From: Gemmatimonadota bacterium
GTDB lineage: Bacteria > Gemmatimonadota > Gemmatimonadetes > Gemmatimonadales > GWC2-71-9
Direction: 5' to 3'
Assembly: GCA_041499375.1 (NCBI GenBank)
Contig: JBGQKD010000002.1
Location: forward strand, 85,823 to 149,822
DNA: 64,000 nucleotides
Shown here: positions 36,398-46,766 of the stretch, in pieces
Layout of the letters: each line of letters starts with the position of its first letter
How positions within the stretch are numbered: the first letter of the stretch is position 1
The notes under the pieces: generated by a model
The model's database searches: none
What the model saw: only the letters and a program-made list of their open reading frames with translations
What the model was told of the DNA's origin: nothing
Made by a program: the position numbers and the translations under genes

Positions 36398-37232
36398 GCC
36401 GCCCGACTTCGGCCTGCACGAGGTACGACGTGCGCTCGCCGAAGATCGCGCCGCCGAGGACGTCACGACGCCCCTCCTGGGAACCGTGGCCGAGCGCCGC
36501 GTCGAAGCACGCTTCGTGGCGGAAGGCCGCTTCGTGGTCGCGGGCGTGCCGATCCTATCGACGGTCTTTCAGGAGCTCGATGGCGCCGCTGCGATCATGC
36601 CCTGCCTCCCGGAGGGGGCGTGGACCGAGGCCGGCGCGACGATCGCCCTGGTCAGCGGGCCTGCGGCCGCGGTGCTCGCGGGCGAGCGTGTCGCGCTCAA
36701 CTTCGTCCAGCGACTCTCGGGGATCGCCACGCTGACGCGACGCGCGGTGGACGCAGTGCAGGGCACGCCTGCCCGGATCACCCACACGCGCAAGACGACT
36801 CCTGGTCTCCGTGCGCTCGAGCTGTATGCTGTGCGCATGGGAGGAGGCGTCGAGAACCGCGCGTCGCTCGCCGATGCCGTACTCTGGAAGGACAATCACT
36901 GGGCGCTGTTGGCGCGCGCGGGTACGTCGCTCCAGCGCGCGCTGCACGCCGTCCCTCGGGGCGTTCCCGTGATCGTCGAAGTGGAATCAGATGCGCAGCT
37001 CGAGGCGGTGCTCGCCGCTGGGGTCACACATGTGCTCGTGGACAACCAGCCGCCCGAGCGGGTTGCGGCGTGGGCCCAGCGCGCCGGCCGCGGCGTCACG
37101 ATCCAGGCCTCGGGCGGCATCACCATCGATCTCGTGCGCGCCTATGCCGAAGCAGGCGCATCACTGATCGCGATCGGCGCTCTCACGCATTCGGCGCCCG
37201 CGGCGCCCATCCGCTGCGACATCGCGAGTTGA
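36390..37232 (+). CDS. nadC: Nicotinate-nucleotide pyrophosphorylase (carboxylating)
   Basis: ALAED, ERVALNF.Q.LSGIAT.T, TRKTTPGLR, KDNH, VEVE, ASGGI, GALTHSA. Confidence 0.92.
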   Translation: MVEPPDFGLHEVRRALAEDRAAEDVTTPLLGTVAERRVEARFVAEGRFVVAGVPILSTVFQELDGAAAIMPCLPEGAWTEAGATIALVSGPAAAVLAGERVALNFVQRLSGIATLTRRAVDAVQGTPARITHTRKTTPGLRALELYAVRMGGGVENRASLADAVLWKDNHWALLARAGTSLQRALHAVPRGVPVIVEVESDAQLEAVLAAGVTHVLVDNQPPERVAAWAQRAGRGVTIQASGGITIDLVRAYAEAGASLIAIGALTHSAPAAPIRCDIAS

Positions 37233-37246
37233 GCGCGGCCAGGCGG

Positions 37247-37954
37247 CTATCTCTTAACGAGCCGCACCATCCGCCGCACCGCTTCTTCCATTCCCCAGAA
37301 CACCGCGTTGCTCACGATCGAGTGGCCGATATTGAGCTCTTCGATCTCGGGAATGGCCGCCACGGGCTGGACGTTCTGGTAAGTCAAGCCGTGCCCGGCG
37401 TGGACGGCGAGGCCGATCTGCTTCGCATGTGTCGCCGCCCGCCGCAGCTCTTTCACCGCGGTGTCCCCGCGGCGCCAGGTGTGTGCGTACCGGCCGGTAT
37501 GGATCTCGATGGCGGGCACGCCGAGCGCGCGGGCCGTGTCGATCGTCTTGAGTGACGGATCTATGAAGAGGCTCACGCGGATTCCCGCGTCTTGAAGTCG
37601 CGAGATGGCGTCGCGCAGTCGCCGATCCCTGAGCCCCAACGCCAATCCCCCTTCGGTCGTGATCTCCTGCCGCTTTTCCGGGACGAGTGTCGCTTGAAAG
37701 GGCTTGATGCGCGCCGCGAGCCGGACGATTTCGGCGTGGGCGCCCAGCTCCAGATTGAGGACGGTGCGCACGCTGCGCGCGAGCGCGGTGACATCGGCGT
37801 CCTGGATGTGGCGCCGGTCCTCACGCAGATGGACCGTGATGCCGTCGGCGCCCGCACGCTCGGCGGCCGCGGCCGCCTGGACCGGATCGGGCTCATCGGT
37901 TTGCCGCGCCTCGCGGAGCGTCGCGACATGATCAATGTTGACGTAGAGACGCAT
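37247..37954 (-). CDS. pdxJ: Pyridoxine 5'-phosphate synthase
   Basis: [58 protein letters not shown]. Confidence 0.96.
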   Translation of the reverse strand: MRLYVNIDHVATLREARQTDEPDPVQAAAAAERAGADGITVHLREDRRHIQDADVTALARSVRTVLNLELGAHAEIVRLAARIKPFQATLVPEKRQEITTEGGLALGLRDRRLRDAISRLQDAGIRVSLFIDPSLKTIDTARALGVPAIEIHTGRYAHTWRRGDTAVKELRRAATHAKQIGLAVHAGHGLTYQNVQPVAAIPEIEELNIGHSIVSNAVFWGMEEAVRRMVRLVKR

Positions 37955-37996
37955 GGTGTCTTACCTTCGGGTCACCTTGACCACAGGTCTTGCCTC

Positions 37997-38467
37997 GTGA
38001 AGCGACGGCTCGCGCTTGCTCTGCTCCTGCTCGCCGGCAGCGCCGCGTGCGGGAAAAATCCCAGGGCGGGCGCGCCGGTCCCGCAGTCGATGAATGAGTC
38101 GGTCGCGCAGTTTCTCGCCGCGGTGAAAGCAAGCGATCTCAAGCGCATGGGTGAGCTCTGGGGCACGGAGCGAGGCCCGGCGGCGGACAACATGAACGCC
38201 GGCGTACTGCAGCAGCGCGTCACCGTGATCCAGAAATATCTCGACCACACCGGTTATCGGATTATCGAAGGACCGCTGGTCGTGCCGGGTCGCGATGAGC
38301 TGCGGACGTTTCGCGTGGAGCTCCAGCGCACGAATTGCAATCAGGTGCTGCCGATCGATGTCGTGCGCACGCACAGCGGCGGGTGGCTGGTCTACGACGT
38401 GCATCTCGAGAGTGCGGGCAGCCCGGGTGGGCGCTGTCCCCAGGCGGGGACGGGAACCAGGCCCTAG
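37997..38467 (+). CDS. Hypothetical lipoprotein
   Basis: GTG KRRLALALLLLAGSAAC lipoprotein signal; compact alpha/beta mature region. Confidence 0.65.
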   Translation: MKRRLALALLLLAGSAACGKNPRAGAPVPQSMNESVAQFLAAVKASDLKRMGELWGTERGPAADNMNAGVLQQRVTVIQKYLDHTGYRIIEGPLVVPGRDELRTFRVELQRTNCNQVLPIDVVRTHSGGWLVYDVHLESAGSPGGRCPQAGTGTRP

Positions 38468-38482
38468 GGGCGGGCGTTCCAC

Positions 38483-38872
38483 CTACTCAGTCAGCTCCAG
38501 CAGAATGCCATTGGTGGTCTTGGGATGCAGAAAAGCGATGCGCCGTCCGCCGGCCCCGCGCCGCGGGTTCTCATCGATGAGCTGATAGCCGGCCGACCGG
38601 CAGCGCGCCAGGGTGGCGTCCAGATCGGACACGCGATAGCAGATGTGATGGATACCGGGCCCGCGTTTCGCAAGGAATTTCGCCACGGGACTCTTCGGAT
38701 CGCTCGGCTCGAGCAGCTCGACGTCGACGCCGCCGAAATGCAGACTGACGATCGTGGCGCCATCAGCGGTTTCGGGTCTCCCCGGAGTAAGGCCCAGGAC
38801 ATCGCGATAAAAGGCCAGTGCCTCGGTGATGCTCGTGACTGCGATGCCGACGTGAGCGACAGACGGGTTCAT
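38483..38872 (-). CDS. mce: Methylmalonyl-CoA epimerase (VOC family)
   Basis: HVGIAV, VELLEP...SPVAKFL.KRGPGIHHI, GAGG..IAFLHPK...G.LLEL. Confidence 0.9.
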   Translation of the reverse strand: MNPSVAHVGIAVTSITEALAFYRDVLGLTPGRPETADGATIVSLHFGGVDVELLEPSDPKSPVAKFLAKRGPGIHHICYRVSDLDATLARCRSAGYQLIDENPRRGAGGRRIAFLHPKTTNGILLELTE

Positions 38873-38903
38873 AGAAAGTCAAACTAACGTCTCGAGAGGG
38901 AGC

Positions 38904-39227
38904 GTGAAGGCTATGGAAGTGTCGGACGCCACATTTCAGGCGGAGGTTGAGGAGCACAAGGGGCTCGCCATCGTCGATTTCTGGGCGACCTGGTGCGGGC
39001 CGTGCCGGAGGGTCGCGCCGATCCTGGATCAGTTGGCCGGGAAGTACAACGGCAAAGTGAAGATCGTGAAACTGGACGTGGACGCCAATCAGGCGACCAT
39101 GATGCGCTTTAATGTCCGGTCGATTCCGAGTATTCTATTCTTCAAGGACGGACGCCACGTGGACACGATTGTGGGTGCCTACCCGTTGCAGACGTTCGAG
39201 CAAAAGATCGACCAACATCTTCAGTAG
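38904..39227 (+). CDS. trxA: Thioredoxin
   Basis: VDFWATWCGPC, VRSIP. Confidence 0.95.
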   Translation: MKAMEVSDATFQAEVEEHKGLAIVDFWATWCGPCRRVAPILDQLAGKYNGKVKIVKLDVDANQATMMRFNVRSIPSILFFKDGRHVDTIVGAYPLQTFEQKIDQHLQ

Positions 39228-39245
39228 CTTCCTCCCCGGAGGACG

Positions 39246-40259
39246 ATGCGCGCGAGCACCGCTCGCCTGACGAATTCGCCGGTTCGCCTCGCGGATCTCC
39301 AATTTCCGCAGGTGAACCGGCTTATTCATCGAACCCGCCTCGCGTTCATTCATCTCGACAACCTGCTCGCGTACGCCAAGCGCGATCGCGATGGCCGCAT
39401 CGACGGCTACCTCGCGGCGCACCTGCCCGACGAATGCGTGTTGCTGTTCTTCCGGAAGGGCGAGGCCGTCAACGCGGCGTCGCTGCATACCGCGGGGCGG
39501 CACGTCATCACCATCACCGAAGCGTTGAAGCGCATGCGCACCGAGGTGGAACGCGGCGATCTCACCTATTGCGCCGCGCCCATGGAGCAGCTCGCGTGGA
39601 TGTATGCGGCCTGCTCCGGTGCCTACCAGCCGCGCGTTATCGACGTCAAGCAGCCGGAGCGATTCTTCCCGGTGTTGCAGCAGGAAAAGGTGACCGGCGT
39701 GCTGGAACTGATCTCCAACGGCCGGGTCTCCTACCTGAAGTTCGATCAAGGCAAGTATCTGAGCGGGCATTTCTGCGACAAACCGGACGCCGTGCCGCCC
39801 GCCCGCTATCTCGAATCCCTGTTCGATGCAGGCCCCGGCGGTGCGCCCGCGATGTCCGCAGGGACATTTCCCGCCGAAGACGATCTCCCCGCGCAGGCCG
39901 CCACCGCCCTCGTGAGCACGTACCGCGAGCTGTACTGGCGGATCGTGGACGCGGTCGAGCGGGAGTTTCCGGGGGAAGCCAAGCGGCGCGCGCAGAAAGT
40001 CACGGCGGCTATCGTGGACACGCATCAGGCGCTCGCACTGATGAGCGTGCCGCGCGGTACCGACACGCCCGATGCCGTGGTGCGGCCCGAAGAGCTTTCC
40101 ACCGCGTTGACCGACTGGGCGCTGCAGCTGCTCGAGGGCGCCGAGGTCATGATGCCGGGGACGGCGACGAAAGTGCTCAAGGACGCGACGCGCGAGCATC
40201 GCTACGTGCTGCAGGCGGCCGGCTTCTACGGCCGTCTCCCCTGGCGGGTGACGTGGTGA
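39246..40259 (+). CDS. Hypothetical protein (two DUF4388/PATAN-like segments suspected)
   Basis: Operon position between trxA and rsmI; GYL......LLFFRKGE and TGVLEL......LKFDQGK segments. Confidence 0.7.
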   Translation: MRASTARLTNSPVRLADLQFPQVNRLIHRTRLAFIHLDNLLAYAKRDRDGRIDGYLAAHLPDECVLLFFRKGEAVNAASLHTAGRHVITITEALKRMRTEVERGDLTYCAAPMEQLAWMYAACSGAYQPRVIDVKQPERFFPVLQQEKVTGVLELISNGRVSYLKFDQGKYLSGHFCDKPDAVPPARYLESLFDAGPGGAPAMSAGTFPAEDDLPAQAATALVSTYRELYWRIVDAVEREFPGEAKRRAQKVTAAIVDTHQALALMSVPRGTDTPDAVVRPEELSTALTDWALQLLEGAEVMMPGTATKVLKDATREHRYVLQAAGFYGRLPWRVTW

Positions 40260-40260
40260 C

Positions 40261-41088
40261 GTGGCCGGCACCCTCTATGTCGTCGCGACGCCCCTCGGCA
40301 ACCTCGGCGACCTCTCGCCGCGCGCCGCCGACACGCTGAAGCGGGTGGCGGTTGTCGCGGCCGAGGACACGCGCCACAGCAAACCGCTGCTCCACCACGC
40401 CGGCTCGCACGCCGAGCTGATCAGCTTTCACGAGCATTCGTCCGACCGCGCCCTCGAACGTCTCCTGCGCATCCTCACAGATGGACGCGACGTCGCGCTG
40501 ATCACCGATGCCGGGACACCCGCGATCAGCGATCCGGGAGTCGCGCTCGTCGCCGCCGCGCGAGGGCGGGGGATTCAGGTCGTCACCATTCCGGGCCCGA
40601 GCGCCGTGGCTGCCAGCCTGGCTGTTTCAGGCGTCCCAGGCGACCGCTATTTGTTTCTCGGATTCTTGCCTCGTAAAGGGAGCGACCGCCGCCGTTTTCT
40701 CTTGACCGCCGCTCAGTCGGAGTGGACCGTCGTGATCTTCGAGGCCCCCAATCGCGTCACGCCACTCCTCGTCGATCTGATCGAGGTGTGTGGTCCTGAA
40801 CGACAGGCAGCCGTCTCTCGAGAGTTGACCAAAGTGTTCGAGGAGACACGTGCGGGGACGTTGCAGGAATTGTCAGACCACTATGCGGAGGTCCCCGTGC
40901 GGGGAGAGGTTACGGTGGTGCTCTCGGGGACCGGCAAGGAGCACGTCGAGGAACGGCCCCCGGATCCGGGCGAGCGCGCCAAGGCTTGGCTCGCCGAAGG
41001 CCTGTCGCGCAAGGATGTGGCGCATCGACTGGCGGAAGAAACGGGAATCTCACGGAATACCGCGTACAAATTGGTGAGTGAGCTATGA
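40261..41088 (+). CDS. rsmI: 16S rRNA (cytidine1402-2'-O)-methyltransferase
   Basis: LYVVATPLGNL.D, AEDTR, DAGTPAISDPG, IPGPSA, GFLP, FEAP.R, RELTK.FEE, RGE. Confidence 0.95.
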   Translation: MAGTLYVVATPLGNLGDLSPRAADTLKRVAVVAAEDTRHSKPLLHHAGSHAELISFHEHSSDRALERLLRILTDGRDVALITDAGTPAISDPGVALVAAARGRGIQVVTIPGPSAVAASLAVSGVPGDRYLFLGFLPRKGSDRRRFLLTAAQSEWTVVIFEAPNRVTPLLVDLIEVCGPERQAAVSRELTKVFEETRAGTLQELSDHYAEVPVRGEVTVVLSGTGKEHVEERPPDPGERAKAWLAEGLSRKDVAHRLAEETGISRNTAYKLVSEL

Positions 41089-41777
41089 GCGGATGGGCGG
41101 ATCGGCGGATCGTCGGATGGTTGGTGATCGCGATGGTTCTCTTTCCATCCGCCCATCCGCCCATCCGCCCATCCGCCGCTTCCCTGACAATCGGTCGCCT
41201 CCACTACGACGGCGGCGGCGACTGGTACGCCAATCCCTCGAGCTTGCCGAACCTGCTGACTGCGCTGCGCGAGCGGACGACGCTGCCCGTCGCCGATCGC
41301 GAGCGCGTGGTGACGCTGACCGGACCGGAGCTGTGGGAGGTCCCTTACATCTATATGACCGGCCACGGGAACGTGCATTTCTCCGATGTCGAGCTCCGCA
41401 CCCTGCGGCGCTACCTCGAGCAGGGCGGCTTTCTCCATGCTGACGACAACTACGGGATGGACAAGTCGTTCCGCCGCGAGATCGCGCGCGTCTTTCCGGA
41501 CCATCCGCTGGTTGAGGTGCCGTTGACGCACCCGATTTACAACCTCGTGTACGCCTTCCCAAAGGGGATCCCCAAGATCCACGAGCACGACGGGCTGCCG
41601 GCGCAGGGGTTCGGCATTTTTTTGGGAGACCGGCTTGTCGTATACTACTCCTATCAATCGGATCTCGGGAACGGGTGGGAAGACCCCGATGTCTATCATG
41701 ACCCCCCCGAGCTGCACGAGGCGGCGTTGCGCATGGGTGTGAATCTCTTCACGTACGCAGTGAGCGAAACCAAATGA
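41085..41777 (+). CDS. DUF4159 domain protein
   Basis: Y.GGGDWY.NP, P.IYMTGHG, YL..GGFL.ADDNYG, HPIY, PKIHEHDG, DLGNGWED. Confidence 0.88.
   Translation: MSGWADRRIVGWLVIAMVLFPSAHPPIRPSAASLTIGRLHYDGGGDWYANPSSLPNLLTALRERTTLPVADRERVVTLTGPELWEVPYIYMTGHGNVHFSDVELRTLRRYLEQGGFLHADDNYGMDKSFRREIARVFPDHPLVEVPLTHPIYNLVYAFPKGIPKIHEHDGLPAQGFGIFLGDRLVVYYSYQSDLGNGWEDPDVYHDPPELHEAALRMGVNLFTYAVSETK
41089..41176. repeat. Inverted octamer arrays (GCGGATGG-like x4 / CCATCCGC x4) forming a hairpin in the signal-peptide region
   Basis: Left arm 41089-41120, 24-nt loop, right arm 41145-41176. Confidence 0.85.
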
Positions 41778-44700
41778 CGGAGACGGCGCGCCGGTTGCGT
41801 CGGCTGGGGGCTCCTCACGCACGGGCGCGGGCGCTCGCCGTGGTCCTCGGCGGCCTCGGCGCGGCGCTGGCCGCGGCTGGCCTCGGGCTCGCGCTCTCGC
41901 CGGCGCTGTCGGGAGTCGCCCTCGCATGGGCTCTCATCGTGGCGAGTGCAGGAGCGGCGACGTGGGTCGTGCTGCGCACGCGCCGTGAAGCCGGGGCGCC
42001 TGCGTTGGGCAGAATGATCGAGAGCGCCGCCGGCGGGCGCGCGGGCAGCATCGTCGGGGTGGTCAGTCCAACCGCAGGCAAGGGCACCGGTTCGAGCGCG
42101 GCGCTGCTGCTGGCTGCCGACACGCGTGCCGCGGCCGTGGTCTCGTTCGCGGCACCCGGCGTCTCGACTGCCCTGCGCCGCACGACGCTGCGGCGCATGT
42201 CGTACGGCGCGGGTGCGGCGCTCACCGGCGTGCTGCTCTTTCTCGCGGGCTCGCCGGCCTCGGGCCGCGCCGCCGCGTTCTGGCATCCGGTGCGCACCTG
42301 GCGAGAAGCGCACGCGCCGGTGCGCCTTGTCGTAGATCAGCGGACCGTGCGTCGCGGCGGCAGCGTCACGGCGACGATCACGGTCCCGGGCGCGGTGCGT
42401 GCGACGCTGTGGACACGCGGGCGCGGTGAGCCGTGGAAACCGATGCTGCTCACCCTCGACACCGACGGCCATGTGGTCCAGCATCTCGGTCCGATCGAAT
42501 CGGACCTGTACCTCCGCGCGTCCAGCGGCGGACGCCGCAGCGCCGAGGTTAAGATCGACGTCGCGCTGCCCGCGTTTCTTGCCGATCTCGGTCTGACCGC
42601 CCGCTTTCCTTCATACCTGGGCCGCTCCGACGAGCCGTTGCTGGTGGGCCCGGACGTGATTCCGCTGCCTGCCGGAACGACCGTCCTGACGAACGGGAGC
42701 GCGAGTGTGCCGCTCGCGAGCGCTGCCTGGACGCTCGAGTCGCGCGTTGAGCAGCTGCGCGTCGCGGGGACGCGCATCGACGGTCGCTTCACGCCCTCCG
42801 CGAGCGGCACCTGGCGGCTCTCGGCGCTGAGCGCCGACGGGTCCGCGCTCGAGGGCGTCGCGCCTGAGCTGCACGTCCTCATCGTTCCCGATTCGGCGCC
42901 TGTCGTCACATTGCCGGTCCCCGCCCGTGACACGACGCTGCCGATTTCGCTGCATCAGCAGCTCGTCGCCGATGTGCGCGACGACCACGGCATCTCACGC
43001 CTTTCCGTCGTGAGCTGGCGCGTGAGTCGCACCGGCCGCGTCGGCGAGGCGGTACGCGAGTCGCTCGACGTCAGCGGGGTCGGGGGGGGGGATCGGGCGA
43101 TCGTGCAGGGACGGCTCGATGCCGAGAACCGCGGGCTCCTGCCCGGCGACACGCTGCGGCTCTATGTCGAAGCGCTCGACAACGCTCCTACGCCGCACAG
43201 CGGCCGCAGCGCCGAGATCGCCTTGCGGCTGCCGAGTATGGAAGAGCTGCGCGCACAGGCGCGGGAAGCGGCGCGGGCCGTCGCGAATGCGGCCGATTCA
43301 GTGTCCACGGCGCAGCGCGAGCTGAGCGACCGAACCCGGGATCTGGCTCAGGAGCGGAGCCGCGATCCGGACGGCCGGACGGCCGGACGGCCTGACGGAC
43401 GAGCTGGCAGTCAACAGAATGGCACGATGTCGTTCCAGTCCACCCAGCGCGCGGAAGAAATCGCGCGCGATCAGGCCGCGATGTCGCAGCGCGTGCAGGA
43501 GCTGGCGCAGGCAGTCGAAGAGATCGCGCGCGCCGCGAAAGCAGCTGGCGTGGACGACAGCGCGTTCCAAAACCGCTTGCGCGAGGTGCAGGAGCTGTTA
43601 CAGCGCGCCCTCACGCCCGAGCTGGAGCAGCGGCTCCGGGAGCTGCAAGAGGCGCTCGCGCGCCTCGATCCGGAGGCGACCAGACAAGCGCTGCAACGCC
43701 TGGCCGAAGCGCAGCAGGAGCTGCGGCGTGAGCTGGAGCGGAGTCAGGAGCTGTTCAAACGCGCCGCGCTCGAGGGAGAGCTGGCGTCACTCGCCAAGGA
43801 CGCCGAAGACCTGCAGCGCCGCCAGACCGAATGGACGAAGGACGAAGCGCAGCATCCCGATTCGGCGGCAGCGGCAGCGGAGCGCGATCTCGCGGCCGCG
43901 ACCGATTCGCTGGCCCGCGGTGTGTAGCGCGCCGGGGAAACCGTACCGCTGAAGAATTCGCAGAACGCCGCGCGCCGCGCCCAGCGCGCCATGCAGGAAG
44001 CCGCGAACGCCGCGAGCCAGCGAAATTCGCGTGGCGCGAGGACGTCGGGACAGGAAGCCGCCGACTCGCTGGCGCAGCTCCCGAACGAGCTGCGGCAGCG
44101 GCGCGATTCGCTGGCGTCCGCCTGGAGGCAGGAGACGCTGGACGCGTTGAATCGGGCGCTCGCGGAAACGGCGGCGCTCGCCCGGCGCCAGCAGGAAGTC
44201 GCCGACGCGCTGCGCGAGGGTGAGGCAGGGGCGTCGACCCGCGCGCGCCAGGCCGCCGTCGAAGAAGGAACGCACGCGATCGAGCAGGAGATCAGCGCCG
44301 CGGCCGGACGGCATGCGCTGGTATCGCCGCAGCTCGAGGCCGCGCTGGGGTACGCGCAGAATCAGATGAAGCAGGCGCGCGAGCAGCTCGAGCAAGGCGA
44401 CCCCAATCCCGCGAACGCCGCGCCCTTTGCGGAGCAGGCGCTCGATGCGCTCAACGCGACCGCGCACGCGCTCGTGCGCACGGCGGAGCGCGTCGCCGGG
44501 GCGCAGTCGGGATCCGGTTTCCAGGAGGCGGTGGAGCAGCTGGCCCGCATGGCGCAACAGCAGCAGGGCATGAACGGCGACGCCCAGGGGCTCCTGCCGA
44601 TGATGGGCGCGGGCGGCGATGCGATGATGCAGCGGCTGCGGGAGCTCGCCAACCGCCAACGCCAGCTCGCCGAGCAGCTCGAGCGCCTGCAGGCGGGAGG

Positions 44701-45049
44701 CGATGCCGGCGCCGCCGGTGCCTTGGCGCAGGAAGCGCGAGAACTTGCCAGACAGCTGGAAGCGGGACGGCTCGACCGTCGCACGATCGAGCGGCAGGAG
44801 CGCCTCTATCGCAAGCTGCTCGATGCCGGCCGCAGCCTGTCCGGCGAGGAGCCGGATGAACAGAAGCAGCGCACCAGTCGCTCCGCGACCGGTGACAGCG
44901 TCCACATTCCCGCCGCGCTCCTCCCGGGAGCGACCGGCACAGGGCCGAAAGTCCGCTACCCGACGTGGGACGAGCTCACCGGTCTCACGCCCGAGCAGCG
45001 GCGCATGGTGCTCGAGTACTTCCGCCGGTTAAATGAGCCGAAGCACTAA
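41774..45049 (+). pseudogene. DUF4175-like membrane-anchored coiled-coil protein interrupted by one in-frame TAG (43925-43927)
   Basis: N-terminal TMs, P.Y, D.AP.V, DDHG, L.PGD.....EA.DN, Gln/Glu-rich coils, C-terminal YFRRL; ORFs 41774-43927 and 43991-45049 share a frame and the gap is open. Confidence 0.75.
43367..43398 (+). repeat. Octamer tandem array (CCGGACGG x3 + CCTGACGG) inside CDS
   Basis: Read directly; encodes part of PDGRTAGRPDGR. Confidence 0.75.
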
Positions 45050-46766
45050 CTCGGCGGCGGTGGTCGCGCTGGTGCTCGTGGGCTTGGCTGACCCCGGGCG
45101 GGCCGCCCGGGGTCAAGCCATAGGTCCCGGCTTTGAGCTGGAGCGCTCCGGCCGCTACGCCGACGCCGCGTCCATCTACTTCACGACCGTTCGCAGCGAT
45201 CCGACCAACGTCCCTGCGCTGCTCGGTCTCGAGCGCACGCTGTTTGTATTGAACCGCATGTCCGAGCTGTTGCCGCTCGTCCAGAACGCGCGCGCGCGCC
45301 AGCCGGAGAACCAGGCGCTGCGCAGTCTCGAGCTGCGGGTGTACGCGGCGCTGAACGAACCCGATTCGCTCGAGGCGATCGCGGGCCGCTGGGCGGCGGG
45401 CGCCCCGCAGAGCGAAGCGCCGTATCGCGAATGGGGGCTCGCGCTCGCCGATCGCCGCATGTGGGATGAGGCACGGCGCGCGTTCCTCGTCGGCAGGCGG
45501 ACGCTCGGCGGCGACGCCACGCTCGCGATCGAGCTGGCCGAGCTCGAGCAGCGCGCGGGAAACTGGGAGGCCTCGGCGACGGAATGGGGACGCGCCGTCG
45601 CCCGCTCGCCCGACGTCGAACCCAATGCCGCGAGCCAGCTCGCCGACGCGCCGGCGCCCATGCGCGATCGCGTCGCGCGGGCCCTGACCGCGCCCGCCGT
45701 CTCCACGGGCGCGCGCCGTCTTGGCGCGGAAGTGCTGCTCACCTGGGGACGGCCGAAAGAAGCCTGGGCCGCGATGGAACCGACGCTGGTCACCGCCGAC
45801 AGCGCCGCCCCGGCCGCGTTGCGGCGTTTCGCCGATCTCGCCGGCTCGCTCACCAGCCCGGAGGGCCATCGCGTGCGCGGCCTCGCGCTGGCGCGGTGGG
45901 CCGACATGACGCCTGGTCCGTTCGGCGCCCGGGCGCGCGCCGAAGCGGTGCGCGAGCTGCTGGACGGCGGCGACAAGGCCGCGGCGCGGCGTGTGCTCGA
46001 AGCGCATTCGGATTCGAACGGCGTCGCGCAGTCCGCGCTCATCCAGCTGCTGATCGCGGACGGTCCGCTCGACCTCGCCGAGGAGCGGCTCGCCGCCGCA
46101 TCCACGGCGATCACGGCCGACGATCGCGCCGCACTGAGCTTGGAGCTGGCGAGGGCGCGAATCGCGCGCGGCGAGCTGGACCGCGCCGCGGCGGCGCTGG
46201 GTGATGATTCGAGCGTCGCGGCGATCGCGCAACGCGGCTGGATCGAGCTGTATCGCGGCAATCTGAAGAATGCGATGGAAGCGTTCCGCACCGCCGGTCC
46301 CTATGCCACCGACCGCGCCGCCGCCACAGAACGCACGGCGATGATGGCGCTGCTACAGCGCATTCAGGACGAAGCGAGCCCCGAGTTGGGCGCGGCCCTG
46401 CTCACGCTCGCGCGCGGCGACTCGGGTGCTGCCATCACCTCGTTACGTCGCGCCGCCGCCCGCTTCCCGGAGCAGGGAGGGCGCCTCGAGGTGTTGCTGC
46501 TCGCGGCGCAAGTCGCGGCGCAGAAAGGCGGCGATCAGGAGCTGACGGCCATCGCGCTGTTCGATGAAATCGTGCGGATCGGCGGCGAAGGTGCCGCTCC
46601 CCCCGCCGCCGAGCTCGACTGGGCGCGCCTGCTGGTGCGCACCGGCCGTGCGGCGGAAGCGATCCCGCACCTCGAGCATCTAATCCTGACGTATCCGAAC
46701 AGCGCCTTCGTCCCGGAAGCACGGCGCGTGCTCGAGCGGGCGAAGGGGGCGATTCCGAAATCGTGA
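45033..46766 (+). CDS. Secreted TPR-like helical repeat protein
   Basis: Signal-like N-terminus; Ala-rich helical repeats; C-terminal A...LE.LI..YP.S....EAR motif. Confidence 0.75.
   Translation: MSRSTNSAAVVALVLVGLADPGRAARGQAIGPGFELERSGRYADAASIYFTTVRSDPTNVPALLGLERTLFVLNRMSELLPLVQNARARQPENQALRSLELRVYAALNEPDSLEAIAGRWAAGAPQSEAPYREWGLALADRRMWDEARRAFLVGRRTLGGDATLAIELAELEQRAGNWEASATEWGRAVARSPDVEPNAASQLADAPAPMRDRVARALTAPAVSTGARRLGAEVLLTWGRPKEAWAAMEPTLVTADSAAPAALRRFADLAGSLTSPEGHRVRGLALARWADMTPGPFGARARAEAVRELLDGGDKAAARRVLEAHSDSNGVAQSALIQLLIADGPLDLAEERLAAASTAITADDRAALSLELARARIARGELDRAAAALGDDSSVAAIAQRGWIELYRGNLKNAMEAFRTAGPYATDRAAATERTAMMALLQRIQDEASPELGAALLTLARGDSGAAITSLRRAAARFPEQGGRLEVLLLAAQVAAQKGGDQELTAIALFDEIVRIGGEGAAPPAAELDWARLLVRTGRAAEAIPHLEHLILTYPNSAFVPEARRVLERAKGAIPKS

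Noticed and set aside
38465-38485. Another REP copy (TAGGGGCG...CCTAC) between convergent genes
   Set aside because: The match is only about 8 bp and the palindromic core is missing.
43925-43927. Genome-wide TAG reassignment or pyrrolysine
   Set aside because: TAG ends many genes at their expected C-termini (2041, 5289, 12730, 16053, 39227, 58666), and no pyl genes are present.
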